NCBI GenBank assembly: GCA_030390025.1
Contig: CM059431.1
Span: forward strand, 157,420,001 to 157,484,000
Source of the DNA: Squalus acanthias
Lineage: Eukaryota
Length of the DNA: 64,000 bases
Direction: 5' to 3'
Part shown: positions 1 through 13,619 of the stretch, piece by piece
Position numbering within the stretch: the first letter of the stretch is position 1
Layout: the number at the start of each line of letters is the position of its first letter
Made by a program: the position numbers and the translations under genes
The notes under the pieces: model-generated
What the model was told of the DNA's origin: nothing
Database searches by the model: none
The model's input: the letters and a program-made list of their open reading frames with translations, nothing else

Positions 1-1765
1 AGAATATAGATAAATCTAGTATACTAAATTTCTCCTCATACGACAAACCCCCCATCCCTGGAAACAGTCTGGTGAGCCTTCGTTGCACTCCTTCTATGGC
101 AAGTATATCCTTCCTTAGGGAAGGATGCCAAAGCTGTACACAACAACCCTGGTGTGGTCACAACAGGCCCTACATAATTGCAGTAAGACATCTTTACTCT
201 TATACTCAAAACCGCTTGCAATAAAGGCCAAAATATGACTTGCTTTCCTAATTGCTTTCTCTACCAGCATGTTAACTTTCAGTGATTCGTTTACAAGGAC
301 ACCCATGTGCCTCTGAACAGCAACATTTCCCAATCTCTAACTAATTAAAAAATACCCTGCTTTTCTATTTTTCCTACCAAAGTGAATAACTTCACATTGC
401 TCCACATCATATTCCATTTGCCATGTTCTTGCAAAACTCACTTAGCTTGAATTCTCCTTGCATCCTCCTCGCAACTTACATTCCTACCCAGCTTTGTATC
501 ATCAGCAAACTTGGATATGTTAAATTTGTTCCCCTCATCCAAATCATTGATGTAGATTGTGAAGAGCTGATCCTTGCGGTACCCCATAGTTAAAGGCTGC
601 AAACCCGAAAAAGCCCCGTTTGTTCCTACTTTCTGTTTTCTGTCCATTAACTAATCCACAATCCATGCTCGTATATTACCCCAAATCCCATGAGACCTAA
701 TTTAGTGTAATAAGCTCTTGTGTGGCACCTTATAGAATGCCTTCTGGAAATCCAAATACAACCCATCCACTGGTTCCCCCTGATCTATTCTGCTAGTTAC
801 AACCTCAAAAATCTCTAACAGATTTGTCAAACATGATTTCCCGTTATAAATCCGTGCTGACTTGGCCCACTCCGACTATTATTTTCTAAGTGCCCTATTA
901 CTGCGTCCTTAATTATAGATACTGTAACTTTCCCGACTACTGATGTCAGACTAACTGGCCTGTAGTTCTCCGTTTTGTCTCACCCTCCTATCTTAAATAG
1001 TATGGTTACATTTGCTGCCAAATAATCCGCAGGAACCTTTCCAGAATCTATGGAATTTTGGAAATGACAACCAATTCAGCCACTATCTCTACAGCCACGT
1101 TTTTCAATACAATAGGATGTAGGCCATCATGTACAGGGGATTCATTGGCTTTCAGTCCCATTAATTTCTCCAGTACTACTTTTTTACTAATACTAATTTC
1201 TTTCAGTTTATCATTCTCGCTTGCCCTTTGGTTCTCCACTATTTCCGGGAAGCTTTTGCTTCTTCTTCCGTGAAGACAGACACAAAGTATTTGTATAATT
1301 TATCTGTGATTTCCTTATTCCCCATTATAAATACTCCTGTCTCAGCCTGTAAGTGACCCACATTTATTTTCACTAATATTTTCCTTTTTACATAGCTATA
1401 GAATGTTTAACAGTCTGTTTTTATGGCAGTCTCTAGTTTATTCTCATGTTCTATTTTATTTTTCTTCATCAATTTTTTGGTCCTACTTTGATGAATTCTA
1501 CAAATGTCCCAACCCTCAGGCTTACAACCCTTTTTGGCAAAATTATATTCCTCTTCCTTTGATCTAATACTATCTTTAACTTCTCTTGTTGGCCACGGTT
1601 GGACCATTTTTTCTGTGGGGTTTTTGTACATTAAAGGAATGTATATTTGATGTAAATTATGTAATAATTCTTTAAATTCTAGCCATGGTATGTCTACCGT
1701 CGTACGTTTTGATGTCATTTCCTAATCTACCGTAGCCAACTCGCTCCTCATACCTTGCTTTGTTT
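1..1765 (-). mobile_element. Degenerate CR1 LINE ORF2 fragment (tether/RT)
   Basis: Broken minus-strand ORFs with CR1 RT motifs (YINDLDEG...ISKFADDTKLG at 438-647; AFIASGFEYKSKDVLLQL at 115-333). Confidence 0.9.
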
Positions 1766-1769
1766 AGAG

Positions 1770-4142
1770 TGGGTCAGGAAGGGTCAGAGAGTGTAACAAA
1801 GTTAATAGGGCATCAGCGACTAAGCTGAAAAAAGTCATGACGAAACCCACGATATCTGAATATGCGAAGCATTTGCAACAAAATACATGAATTAATAGCA
1901 CAGATAGAAATTAACAGGTTTAATCTAATAGCCATAACTGAGACGTTTTGCAAAGTGGCCAAGGTTGGGAACTAAATACTTGAGGATACATAACTTTTAG
2001 AAGTGATAGGGAAAATGGAAAAGCAGGAGGGGTAGCCCTGATAATAAAAGATGGGATGAAGACAGCAGAGAATAAGGTTCTTAGCTCGGAAACTCCAGAA
2101 ATATAAACAGTTTGGCTGGAGCTAAGAAACAGCAAGGAGCAGAAAACATTGGTGGGATTTGTTATCGGCCCCAGACAGTAGTTGTAATGCAGGGAGAGTA
2201 TAAATCAGGAAATTAGAGGCGCATGTAACGACGGTAATACAGTAATCATGAGGGACTTTAATCTACAAATAAACTGGGCAAACCGAGTGGAGGACGAGTT
2301 CAAGGAATGTATACAACATAGATTTCCAGATCAGTATGTTCAGTAACCAACGAGGGAACAGGCTATTTTGCTCCAGTATTGTGCAATGAGAAAGGGTTAA
2401 TTAATAATCTTGTAGCAAATAGTCATTTAGGGAAGAGTGACCATAATATGATAGAATATTATATTGAGTTTGAAAGTGATTTATTTCAATGCGAAACAAG
2501 AGTCCTAAATATAAACAAAGAAAACTACGTAGGTCTGAGGGACCAGTTGGCTAAGTCAGATTTGGAAACTACGTTAAAAGTTATTACAGTATAAACGCAA
2601 TGGTTAGCATTTAAAGAACTAATACATAATTTACAACAAATATACATTCCTTTAAGGCACACAAATCCCACAGGAAAAGCGGTCCAACAGTGGCTAACAA
2701 GAGAAGTTAAACGTAGCATTCGATCAATGGAAGAGGCTTGTAATGTTGGCAAAAAGAATAGCAGGCCTGAGGATTGGCAGGATTTTAGAAGTCAGCAAAG
2801 GAGAACGAAGAAATTGATATGGAAAGTGAAAAAATAATGTGAGAGTAAATTAGCAAACGACGTAAAACAGATTTTAACGCTTTTATAGTTATGTAAATAG
2901 GAAGAAATTCGTGAAATTAAGCGTGGGTCCATTAGTGAGAGAGGCAGGAAAAATTACCATGGTGAATAAGGAAATGGCTGAGACAATAAACAACATCATT
3001 TGTGTCCTCTATCGAGAGGATAGATACAAAGTATGTGTTTAATGTTTCTTAACTAAAGAGGCAGCTGCAGAGAGGAACTGGGATTAATCTTCCAGAAATC
3101 CATCGAATCTAGAACAGTCCCCGCGGATTGGAATGTAGCAAACATCACCCCTTTTTTAAGATAAGAGGAAGAGAAAGAAGCAGAACTTTCGGCCATTTAG
3201 CCTGACATCAGCAGTAGACTAAATGCTAACATTTATTATTAGCGATGTGATAAAAAGGCACCTAGAAAATTGTACTACGATCCGGCTTAGTCAGCATGGA
3301 TTTATGAAAGGGATATCGTGTTTGAAAAATCTTTTACAGTTTTTAAAGAAGTAACTAGTAGGATGGATAAGAGAGCACCAGTGGATGTATTTTTTTTTGG
3401 ATTTTCAAGAAGAATTCGTTAAGATGCCACACAAGTGCTTATTACACTAAATTAGGATTCATGGGATTGGGGTAATATATTAGCATGGATTGAGGATTGG
3501 ATAATGGACAGAAAACAGAGAGTAGGAAAAAACATCACTTTTTGGGTTGAGAAGCTGTAACTAGTGGGGTACCGAAAGGTTCAGTTCTTGGGCCTCAGCT
3601 ATTTACAATCTAGTCTAATGATTTGATGAAGGAACTGAGTGTAATGTATCCATGTTTGCTGCTGATACAAAGTTAGGTGGAAGATAAGCTGTTAGGAGGA
3701 CGCAAAGAGACTACAGAGTGATACAGACAGCTTTGCTGAGTAGGCAAAAACATGCCTAATGGAATACAATGTGGGGAAGTGTGAAGTTAACTATTTTTGG
3801 AGAAAAAACAAAGAAGCAGAATATTTTTTAATTGCGGAGAGACTGGGAAGTGCTTGCATTCAGAGGGACCTGGGTGTGCTTGTACATTAATCACAGAAAG
3901 TTAACATGCAGGTACAGCAAGCAATTAAGAAAGGAACTGGTACGTTAGAAAGGGATTAGAGTATAAGAGTACATCAGTCTTACTACAATTATATAGCGCA
4001 TTGGTGAGGTGTGTATAGTTCTGGTCTCCTTACCTAAAGAAAGACATAGTTGCCATACAGGGCGTGCAAGGAAGGTTAACTAGACTGGTTCCTGGGATGA
4101 GGGAATTGTCCTAAGAGGCTCTTATTTCTTATGTTCTTATGT
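1770..4142 (+). mobile_element. Degenerate CR1 LINE ORF2 (APE endonuclease to RT), internally deleted, with 3' tail
   Basis: Endonuclease motif HLGKSDHNMI (2379-2594), frameshifted RT, ends in tttcttatgttcttatgt. Confidence 0.88.
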
Positions 4143-4270
4143 AAACCTCGAAAAAATTAATATAGGCAACCGTAAATACAGGAAACTTTAAACATAGGAA
4201 ACAGTAAATAAAAGAAAGAAGAGACAAATGAAACAGGAAATATAGGAAACAGGAACCATAGTAAAGAGAA
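4143..4270 (+). repeat. Purine-rich satellite block (AAACATAGG/AAACAGT units)
   Basis: Repeated aggaaacag, aaacatagg and aaacagtaaa words. Confidence 0.85.
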
Positions 4271-5766
4271 AACATAGAAACATAAACATAGAACAGTACA
4301 GCACAGCACAGGCCCTTCGGCCCTCGATGTTGTGCCGAGCATTGTCCGAGACCAAGATCAAGCTATCACACTCCCTATCACTCTGGTGTGTTCCATGTGC
4401 TTATCCAATAACCGCTTGAAAGTTCCTAAAGTGTCCGACTCCACTATCACAGCAGGCAGTCCATTCCACACCCCAACCACTCTGAGTAAAGAATCTACCT
4501 CGGACATCCCTTCTATATCTCCCCCCATGCACCTTATAGTTATGCCCCCTTGTAACAGCTGCCTCTACCCGAGGAAATAGTCTCTGAACATCCACTCTAT
4601 CTATCCCCCTCATCATCTTATAAACCTCTATTAAGTCGCCTCTCATCCTCATCCGCTCTAAAGAGAAAAGCCCCAACTCCCTCAATCTTTCCTCATAAGA
4701 CCTCCCCCGCAAACCAGGCAGCATGCTGGTAAATCTCCTTTGCACTTTTTCCAATGCTTCCACGTCCTTCCTATAGTGAGGTGACCAGAACTGCACACAA
4801 TATTCCAAATGTGGTCTCACCAAGGTCCTGTACAGTTGCAGCATAACCTCACGGTTCTTAAACTCAAACCCTCTGTTAATAAACGCCAACACACCATAGG
4901 CCTTCTTTACTGCTCTATCCACTTGAGTGGCAACCTTCAGAGATCTGTGGATATGAACCCCCAGATCCCTCTGCTCCTCCACGTTCCTCAGAACCCTGCC
5001 GTTGACCCTGTAATCCTTATTCAAATTTGCCCTACTAAAATGAATCACCTCGCACTTATCAGGGTTAAATTTTTCGGCCCAGCTCTGCATCCTATCAATG
5101 TCTCTTTGCAGCCTACAACAGCCCTCCACCTCATCCACTGCTCCACCAATCTTGGTGTCATCAGCAAATTTACTGATCCACCCTTCAGTCCCCTCCTCCA
5201 AGTCATTGATAAAAATCACAAACAGCAGAGGACCCAGCACCGACCCCTGTGGCACACCGCTGCTAATTGGTCTCCAGTCCGAAAATGTTCCATCCACCAC
5301 CACCCTCTGCCTTCTATGAGATAGCCAGGTACTTATCCAATCGGCCAAATTTCCCTCTATCCCACAACTCCTTACTTTCTTCATGAGCCGACCATGGGGA
5401 ACCTTATCAAACGCCTTACTAAAATCCATGTATACGACATCAACTGCTCTACCTTCATCTACACACTTAGTTACCTCCTCAAAGAATTCAATCAAATTTG
5501 TTAGGCAAGACTTACCCTTCACGAATCCGTGTTGACTTTCCCTGATTAAGTTGCCCCTTTCCAAATGGTCATAAATCCTATCCATCAGGACCTTTTCCAT
5601 TATCTTACCAACCACCGAAGTAAGACTAACCGGCCTATAATTACCAGGGTCATTCCTATTTCCTTTCTTGATGAGAGGAACAACATTCGCCACTCTCCAG
5701 TCCTCTGGCACCATTCCCGTGGACAGTGAGGACCCAAAGATCAAAGCCAGAGGCTCTGCAATCTCC
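4270..5766 (-). mobile_element. Relatively young 5'-truncated CR1 LINE inserted in the satellite
   Basis: 447-aa RT ORF, 3' hairpin gggccgaagggcc and (ctatgttt)n-like tail; satellite on both sides. Confidence 0.93.
4401..5744 (-). CDS. CR1 reverse transcriptase (partial ORF2, frameshifted at C-terminus)
   Basis: NYRPVSLTS, QHGF, DFSKAFDKV, GVPQGSVLGP, FADD, LVRPHLEYC motifs. Confidence 0.9.
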   Translation of the reverse strand: MIFGSSLSTGMVPEDWRVANVVPLIKKGNRNDPGNYRPVSLTSVVGKIMEKVLMDRIYDHLERGNLIRESQHGFVKGKSCLTNLIEFFEEVTKCVDEGRAVDVVYMDFSKAFDKVPHGRLMKKVRSCGIEGNLADWISTWLSHRRQRVVVDGTFSDWRPISSGVPQGSVLGPLLFVIFINDLEEGTEGWISKFADDTKIGGAVDEVEGCCRLQRDIDRMQSWAEKFNPDKCEVIHFSRANLNKDYRVNGRVLRNVEEQRDLGVHIHRSLKVATQVDRAVKKAYGVLAFINRGFEFKNREVMLQLYRTLVRPHLEYCVQFWSPHYRKDVEALEKVQRRFTSMLPGLRGRSYEERLRELGLFSLERMRMRGDLIEVYKMMRGIDRVDVQRLFPRVEAAVTRGHNYKVHGGRYRRDVRGRFFTQSGWGVEWTACCDSGVGHFRNFQAVIG

Positions 5767-5986
5767 TAGGAAACATAGGAAACATTAAACGTAAGAAACA
5801 GGAAATATAGGAGCCCATAAATATAGGATGGAGGAAATTGGGGAAACATGAAAGTTATGAAACAGTAAATAGAGGAATCAGTAAATAATGATAAAAGGAA
5901 CCATAGGAAACAGTAAACATAGGCAACATAGGAAAGAGGAAACATAGAAAACGTGAACATATGGAACATGAGGTAAAAGGGAAAAA
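5767..5986 (+). repeat. Purine-rich satellite block
   Basis: aggaaacatagg / aaacagtaaa units. Confidence 0.85.
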
Positions 5987-6850
5987 ATCTTCTTCTTTCA
6001 TATGGTAGTAGCAAAGCAAATCAAATGTCAATATGTAAGTCAGATGTCAGGGCAAATGCTTCCGATGTAACAGCATGGATATCTTGTAGGCTGCCTGCGA
6101 ATTTCCTCTTTGGGCAGTGCGCAATGATGTGCTCCAAGGTCTGATTAGGAGCTCTACAGTCTCATTAGGGAGTGCTTTAATCTTCCATCTATTTTGAAGG
6201 TGGCAGCATCTACCATGACTGGTTTTGAGGCGTTGATTGTTTTCCACCAGTTCTTCCATGCATTTCGCCATCGGTCATCATGGCTGAGGGGAGATCACTG
6301 AAGCGCTTTGGCGACGGTCCAAAATGGCCTTCTAGATTAGAGACAGGCTGGTGGTCGGTTGTTCAAGTTGGCCTGGTATGGCAAGTCGTTGCTGATATAA
6401 CCGTTATATTCGATGGAGACTGCATATTCGCGGCATAGGTGTGGTGGGGCGATGTTTTCATGAAGGGGCAGCCAAGGTGTTGATGTCGATTAAAGCCTAT
6501 CAGTGATAATTGTTATTGTAGAATGCAGCTGGACATCAACGGATTTGACATGCGAACATGATAGCCATGCCGGAGAGCAGCACTCCGCTGTAGGGTACAA
6601 CAGGGCGAGTGCTGCCATACGGAGGGTTTGAGAGTCTGCTCCCAATGTGGATCCGGCGAGTTTCTGGATCAAGTTTACCCTACTCTTTAGTTTATTCCCA
6701 AGGTTCTGGAGATGCTGTGTATATGACAGGGGGCGATCCTTTGCGACTCCTAAATAGGAGGGGTTTGGATTGGTTTAACTGCGCCGCAAAAGGAGACTTT
6801 CAAAGATAGGTTTGCTGAATGGGTGGAGAGGTGGAATGTGGAGGTGACGG
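5987..6850 (-). mobile_element. Vingi/Ingi-clade non-LTR retrotransposon, 3' fragment
   Basis: Peptides IQKLAGSTLGADSQTLRMAALALLYPTAECCSPAW...VDVQLHST and VTSTFHL resemble the post-RT region of Ingi/Vingi elements; minus-strand end ccatatgaaagaagaaga. Confidence 0.7.
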
Positions 6851-6854
6851 GCTT

Positions 6855-7128
6855 TTGTGGGTGGATGAGGAGGAATTTCTTCACCCAGAGAGTGGTGAAC
6901 CCGGGGAATTCTCTACCACAGAAGGCAGTAGAGGCCAATTCATTATATATATTCAAGAAGGAGTTGGATATATTTCTTAAGGCTAAATTGATCAAGGGAT
7001 ATGGGGAGAAAGCAGGGACAGACTTCTGAATTTGGATGATCAGCCGTGATCGCATTGAATGGTGGAGCAGGCTAGAGGGGCCGAATGGCCCACTCCTGCT
7101 CCTATCTTCTTGTTTCTATGTTTCTATT
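6855..7128 (+). mobile_element. CR1 3' end fragment
   Basis: RRNFFTQRVVN...KGYGEKAG, hairpin and gtttctatgtttctat tail. Confidence 0.88.
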
Positions 7129-9400
7129 AGTTGCTTCTGTTTTATTCTTCCTGCCAAAATGGACAACTTCACATTTTCCCACATTATACTCCATTTGCCA
7201 TATCTTTGCCCACTCACTTAACCTATATATATCCCTTTAAGCCTCCTTGTGTCCTCTTCACAATTTACTTTCCTATCTATCCTTGTGTCATCAGCAAATT
7301 TAGCAACCATACCTTCGGTCCCTTCATCCAAGTCATTTATATAAATTGTAAAAAGTTGAGGCCCCAGCACTGATCCCTGTGGCACACCGCTCGTTACATT
7401 TTGCCAATCAGTAAATGACCCATTTATGCCTACTCTCTGTTTCCTGTTAGCTGGCCAATCTTCAATCCATGCCAAAATGTTACCCCCTACACCATGAAAT
7501 TTTATTTTCCACAATAACCTTTGATGTGGCACCTTATCAAATGCCTTCTGGAAATCTAAGTACAGTACATCCGCCGGTTCCCCTTTATCCACAGCACTTC
7601 CTCACTTCCTCAAAGAACTCCAATAAATTATTTAACCATGATTTCCCTTGCACAAAACCATGCTGACTCTGTCTGATTACTTTGGACCTTTCTAAGTGCC
7701 CTGTTATAACATCTTTAAAAATAGCTTTTTAAAATCTTCCCTATGACAAATGTTAAGCTAACTGGCCTGCAGTTTCCTGCTTTTTGTCTCCCTCCCTTTT
7801 TAAATAAAGGGGTTACATTCGCTATTTTCCAATCTAATGGAACCTTCCCCGAATCTCGGGAATTTTGGAAAATTAAAACCAACGCATCAAATATCTCACT
7901 AGCCACTTATTTTAAGACCCTAGGATGAAGTCCATCAGGACCCGGGGACTTGTCAGCCCGCAGCTCCAACAATTTGTTCAGTACCACTTGCGGTTATTAT
8001 TCTTATTTTCTTGACTTTCTCCCTCCCTTCCATTTCCTGATTTACAGCTATTTCTGGGATGTTACTTGTATCCTCTATTGTGAAGAACGATGAAAAAATA
8101 CCTGTTCAATTCAACTGCCATCTCCTTATGTCCCATTATTAATTCCCCAGACTCACTTTTTATTGGACCAATGCTGACTTTGTTAATTTGTCTTTTTAAA
8201 ATATCTGTTTAAACTCTTACTATCGGTTTTTATATTTCTAGCTAGCTTTCTCTCGTACTCTAATTTTTCTCTCCTTATTAATCTTTTAGTAATTATTTGC
8301 TGTTTTTTATATTCTGTCCAATCTTCTGACCTGCTACACATCTTTGCGCAATTATATGCGTTTGCTTTAATTTAATACAATCTTTAACTTTTTTAGTTAT
8401 CCACCCCTTGGGATTTTTCTTTCTTTTTGGAATGTATATATTCCGTGTATTTTGAAATATCCCCTTAAATGTGTGCCACTGCAACTCTATTGAACTATCC
8501 CTTAACATAATTTGCCAGTTCACTTTAGCTAGCTTTGATTTCATGCCCTCATAATTGCCCTTATTTAAGTTTAAATTACTAGTCTTGGACCCACTCATCT
8601 CTCTCTCAAACTGAACATAAAATACAATCATATTATGATCGCTGCTACCTAGGGGCGCCTTCACTTTGAGGTCATTAATTAATCCTATCTCGTTGCACAA
8701 TTCCAGGTCTAGTATAGCCTGCTCTCTGGTTTTCTCCAAAACGTGCTGTTGTAAGAAATTATCCTGAAAACAAGATCTCCTCATCTATGCTACCTTTGGC
8801 CATCTGATTTTTCCAGTCTATATGCAGTTTAAAATCCCCCATGATTATTGCCGTACCGTTCTGACAAGCTCCCATGACTTCGTCCTTTATACTCCATCCT
8901 ACCATGTGGTTACTGTTAGGGGGCCTGAACAACATTCCCACAATTGACGACTTGCATTTATAATTTCTCTTCATTACCCAAAGCGCTACTACATCCTCGT
9001 TTCCTGAACTTAGGTCATCCCTCTCTATTGTGCTAATACCATAATTAAATAACAGGGCCACCCCTCCACCTTTTCCCACCTTCCTGTCCTTCCTAAATGA
9101 CATGTACCCTTCAATATTCAGGTCCCAATCTATGTCATCCTGCAGCCATGTTTCTGTAATGGCTATCAGATCATATTTATTTATTTTTATTTGCGCTATC
9201 GATTCACCTGTTTTGTTTTGAATGCTACGTGCATTCAAAGGCAGAGACTTTAGTTTTGTTCTTTTATTATTTTTGTAACCTCTAGCGTTATCTGTTGATT
9301 TAATCTTACATTTGTACACCCTATCCCTTCCTGTCACGCTCTACTTATCATTTCTAATATTAATACCTTTCTCTATTGCCGTGTCTCTAATCTTTGAATT
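7129..9400 (-). mobile_element. CR1 ORF2 fragment (endonuclease + RT N-part)
   Basis: LNARSI, AITETW, GDF, SDHN endonuclease motifs (8293-9337); RT motifs at 7218-7592. Confidence 0.92.
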
Positions 9401-12400
9401 ATTAGAAATAGGAGCAGGATTAGGCCAATTGGCCCCTCGAGCCTGCTCCGCCATTCAATAAGATCATGGCTGATCTGATCCTAACCGCCAATCTACTATC
9501 ACAGAACCATCTCCTGAACCTAACAGAATTGGACACACGAAATAGGAGTAGGATCAGGCTACACGGCGCCTGGGCCCGCTACGCTACCCACAGGGCCATG
9601 ACCGATCCGAACCTAGACTCGTGTCCAAATTCTTGCCCTCTCCCCGTAACCCTTAATTCCCTTTACTTCTAGGAAACTGTCTATTTCTGTTTTAAATTTA
9701 TGTAATGATGTAGCTTCTACAGCATTTTGGGGCACCATATTCCATGGACCTACCACCCTCTGAGTGAAGTAGTTGCTTCTCATCTCAGTTTTGATAGAGC
9801 AGCCCCTTATTCAAAGACTATGCCCCCTAGTTCTAGTTTCACCCATCATCGGGAACATCCTCCCATCATACACCCGATCCAACCCCTTCACAATCTTATA
9901 TGTTTCAATAAGATCACCTCTCATTCTTCTGAACTCCAATGAGTAGAGTCCCAATCTACCCAACCTCTTCTCATATGTTCATCCCCTCATCCCCGGGATT
10001 AACCGAGCGAACCTTCTTGGTACTGACTCGAGAGCAAGTATGTCTTTTCTTAAGTATGGACACCAAAAATGTATGCAGTATTCCAGGTGCGGTCTCACCA
10101 ATACCTTGTACAACTGAAGCAATACCTCCCTATTTTTTATATTCTATCCCCTTAGCAATTAAAGCCAACATTCAGTTGGCCTTCTTAATCACTTGCTGCA
10201 CCTGCATACTAACCTTTTGAGTTTCGTGCACCAGGACCCCCAGATCCCTTTGTACTTCAGTACATTCCAGATTCTTGCCATTTAGATAATGGCCCAAAAA
10301 TTAAACATCGATGGTTCCCGCGGGGGTAAGGATTCCCCGCGATATCGCACTCCGCGCCTACATTTTTGTTTCGGGCCCACACAAACTTCAGTTTCAGGGC
10401 CTCTCCCTGTTACCAGCGTGCAGTGATTGCATGTCCCAGAGGCGCAATTAGTTCGTGCGAGCTCTGGGATCACGTGATTCAGTTAGAGCCAATGGCAGCG
10501 CACCATCTTTCATTCATAGTTTTGACAGCAAGTGCTGTCAAAGCTATGAATACTACAAGCCCCCAAAAGAACACCTAAACCTCAATTAAATTTTTTAAAA
10601 AGCCGTCACATTAATAAAATAACTATAGTTAAATAAATTAACCACTTTAAACAAAAAATTAAATTTTTGAAAAAATTAAAAATCTTTTTAAAAGTTATAA
10701 AAATAAACTTATCTTTCTTTAAAATCTCTAAAAAAGATAAACCTGTTGATTTTTTTTAAAATAACGCTAATTAACTACTTACCTTATTAAAAGGGGTGCC
10801 TACGCCTGCTTTCTTTATGTGTAAAATCTTCAACACTTACCTGCGCATTCAAACCTGAACAAAAAACTAAGTGCACTGCGTGCGCACAACCTGTAGTGCG
10901 CACGCGGTTCACTTAGGAACCGCCCCCTTTGCAATTCACGAAGTGCCGGTTTCCCGCGCTTGCGCAGTGCATGCAAGAAACCGGCAATTCTGGAACTAAT
11001 ATGCGAGAGTACACAGCGGGTACTCTCGCGTATTAGGTCTAATTTTCGGGCCAATAACTTGCTCTACTATTTTTCCTGCCAAAGTGCATTACCTCACACT
11101 TTGCAGTATTGTATTCCATCTGCCAAATCTCTGCCCACTTACTTAGCCTGTCTATGTCCCCTTGCAGATTTTTTATGTCCTCCTCACTCAGTACTTTCCC
11201 TCTCATCTTAGTATCATCTGCAAACTTTGATATGTTACAGTCGGTCCCCTCCTCCAAATCGTTAATATAGATTGCAAAGAGTTGGGGACCCAGCAGTGAC
11301 CCCTGCAGAACACCATTAGTTACTGATTGCCAGTCTGAGAATGAACCATTTATCCCAACACTCTGCCTTCTGTTAGATAGCCAATCCTCTATCCATGCCA
11401 GAATATTAACCCCAATCCCGTGATTTTTTATCTTAAGCAATAACCTTTTGTGTGGCAACTTGTCAAATGCCTTTTGGAAGTCTAAATACACCACATCCAC
11501 TGGTTCCCCTTTATCCACCCTGTATGTTACTTCCTCAAAGAACACCAGCAAATTTGTCAAACATTATAAAACCATGCTGACTATGTCCTATTAAATTATG
11601 ATTATCCAAAATTCCGGTTCCGGTCTCCTTAATAATGGACTCCAAAATTTTACCTACCACAGATGTTAGGCTAACCGGTCTATAGTTTCCATCCTTCTGT
11701 CTACTGCCCTTTTTAAATAAGGCTGTTACTTTCGCAGTTATCCAGTCTGCCGGGATCTTTGCTGAGTCCAGGGAGTTTTAGAAAATTATTACCAATGCAT
11801 CCACAATCCCTACCGACACTTACCTCAAGACCCTAGAATGTAAGTCATCAGGTCCACGTGATTTATCCGCCTTGAGTCCCATTATTTTACCGAGTACCAC
11901 TTCGTTAGTGATTTTGATTTTGTTTAGCTCCTCTCCCCCTATAGCCCCCTGTTTGTCCAGTGTTGGGATATTCTTAGTGTCCGCTACTGTAAAGACTGAT
12001 ACAGAATATTCATTCAGTGTATTTGCCATCTTCATATTTCCAACCATTAATTTCCAGGTCTCATCCTCTAAGGGACCAACATTTACTTTAGCCACCCTTT
12101 TTCTTTTTATATAACTATAAAATCTCTTACTATCTGTTTTTATATTTTTTGCTAATTTACTTTCATAATCTATCTTCCCTTTCTTAATCAAACTTTTTGT
12201 TATTTTTTGCTGTCTTTTAAAGTTTTCCCAATCCTCTATCCTCCCACTAGATTTGGTTACCTTATATGGCATTGTTTTTAGTCGAATGTTATCCTTAACT
12301 TCTTTACTTAGCCACGGATGACTGTATTTTCTTTTACACCCTTTTCTTCTCAGTGGAATATATATTTTTTGGAAGTTGTAAAATAACTCCTTAAATGTAC

Positions 12401-13450
12401 ACCACTTCATGTACCGTCTTACCCTTTAATCTATTTTCCCAATCCACTCTACTCAATTCCGCTGGCATACCTTCATAGTCTCCTTTATTCAAGCTTAGCA
12501 CGCTTGTTTGAGATCCAATCTTCTCACCCTCTAATTGAATATGGAATTCAACCATGTTATGGTTACTCATTTCAAGGGTATCCTTTACTGGGACATTTTT
12601 AATTAATCCTGTCTCGTTACACAGGACCAGATCTAAGGTTGCTTACCCCCTGGTCGGTTCAGTAACATACTGCTCAAGAAACCCATCCCTAATACACTCA
12701 ATGAACTCATCCTCAAGGCAGCCCTGCCCAATTTGATTTGTCCAATTAATATGATGGTTAAAATCCCCCATAATTATAGATGTTCCCTTATTACAACCCA
12801 CAACTTTTTCCTGATTGATACTCCGTCCAACAGAGTTGCAACTGTTCGGAGGCCTATAGACTACGCCCACGAATGGTTTTTCCCCTTATTATTCCTTATC
12901 TCCACCCAAACTGTTTCATTATCCTGATCTTTTGACCCAATATCATTTCTCTGTATTACAGTGATTCCTTCCTTTATTAACATAGCCACCCCACCTCCCC
13001 TTCCTTCCTGCCTGTCCTTCCTAATCGTTAAATAACCTGTTATGTTTAATTCCCAGGCATTGTCACCCTGCAGCTATGTTTCTGTAATGGCCACAAGATC
13101 ATACCCATATGTAGTTATTTGTGCCATTAACTCGTCTGTTTTGTTACGAATGCTACGTGCATTCAGATAGAGAACTTTCAAACAATTTTTGTGACACTTA
13201 GTTCCTGCTTTGGACGTTTTTATTACTTTACCTTTTACTCCATACATTCTGTCCCTTCCTGACACACTCTGGTTTTTAATTTCCCCACTGCTACCTAATT
13301 CTATGACCTTCTCTGTTGTCATTTTTATTATTTGCACTCTAGGATCCTCCCACCACCCCACCCCCCCACACTATTTAATTTAAATCCCTCTCTACAGCCC
13401 TAGTTATATGATCCGCCAGGACTCTCGTCCCAGCACTGGCCAAGTGAAGC
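9400..13450 (-). mobile_element. CR1 ORF2 copy interrupted by a MITE at 10291-11052, plus a short extra CR1 tail at about 9400-9500
   Basis: Endonuclease (13074-13361, 12643-12870) and RT (11039-11560) motifs; sequence rejoins across the MITE as ccatttagataataacttgc. Confidence 0.9.
10291..11052. mobile_element. Non-autonomous DNA transposon (MITE), probably PIF/Harbinger-like
   Basis: TIRs ggcccaaaaatt / aattttcgggcc; 3-bp TSD aat (10288-10290, 11053-11055) consistent with the reconstructed CR1 target; AT-rich core, no ORF. Confidence 0.82.
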
Positions 13451-13619
13451 CCTTCCAAACGGTAACTTATCGAAGGCCTTCTTAAAAACTAGTTGAATTG
13501 CATCTACTGCATTACCCTTGTCTACTCTTTCTGCTACCTCTTGAGAAAAATCAACGTGGTTGGTCAAGCAAGACTTTCCCTTAGGAAATTCCTGAGGATT
13601 ATTAATGATTCTATTTTGG

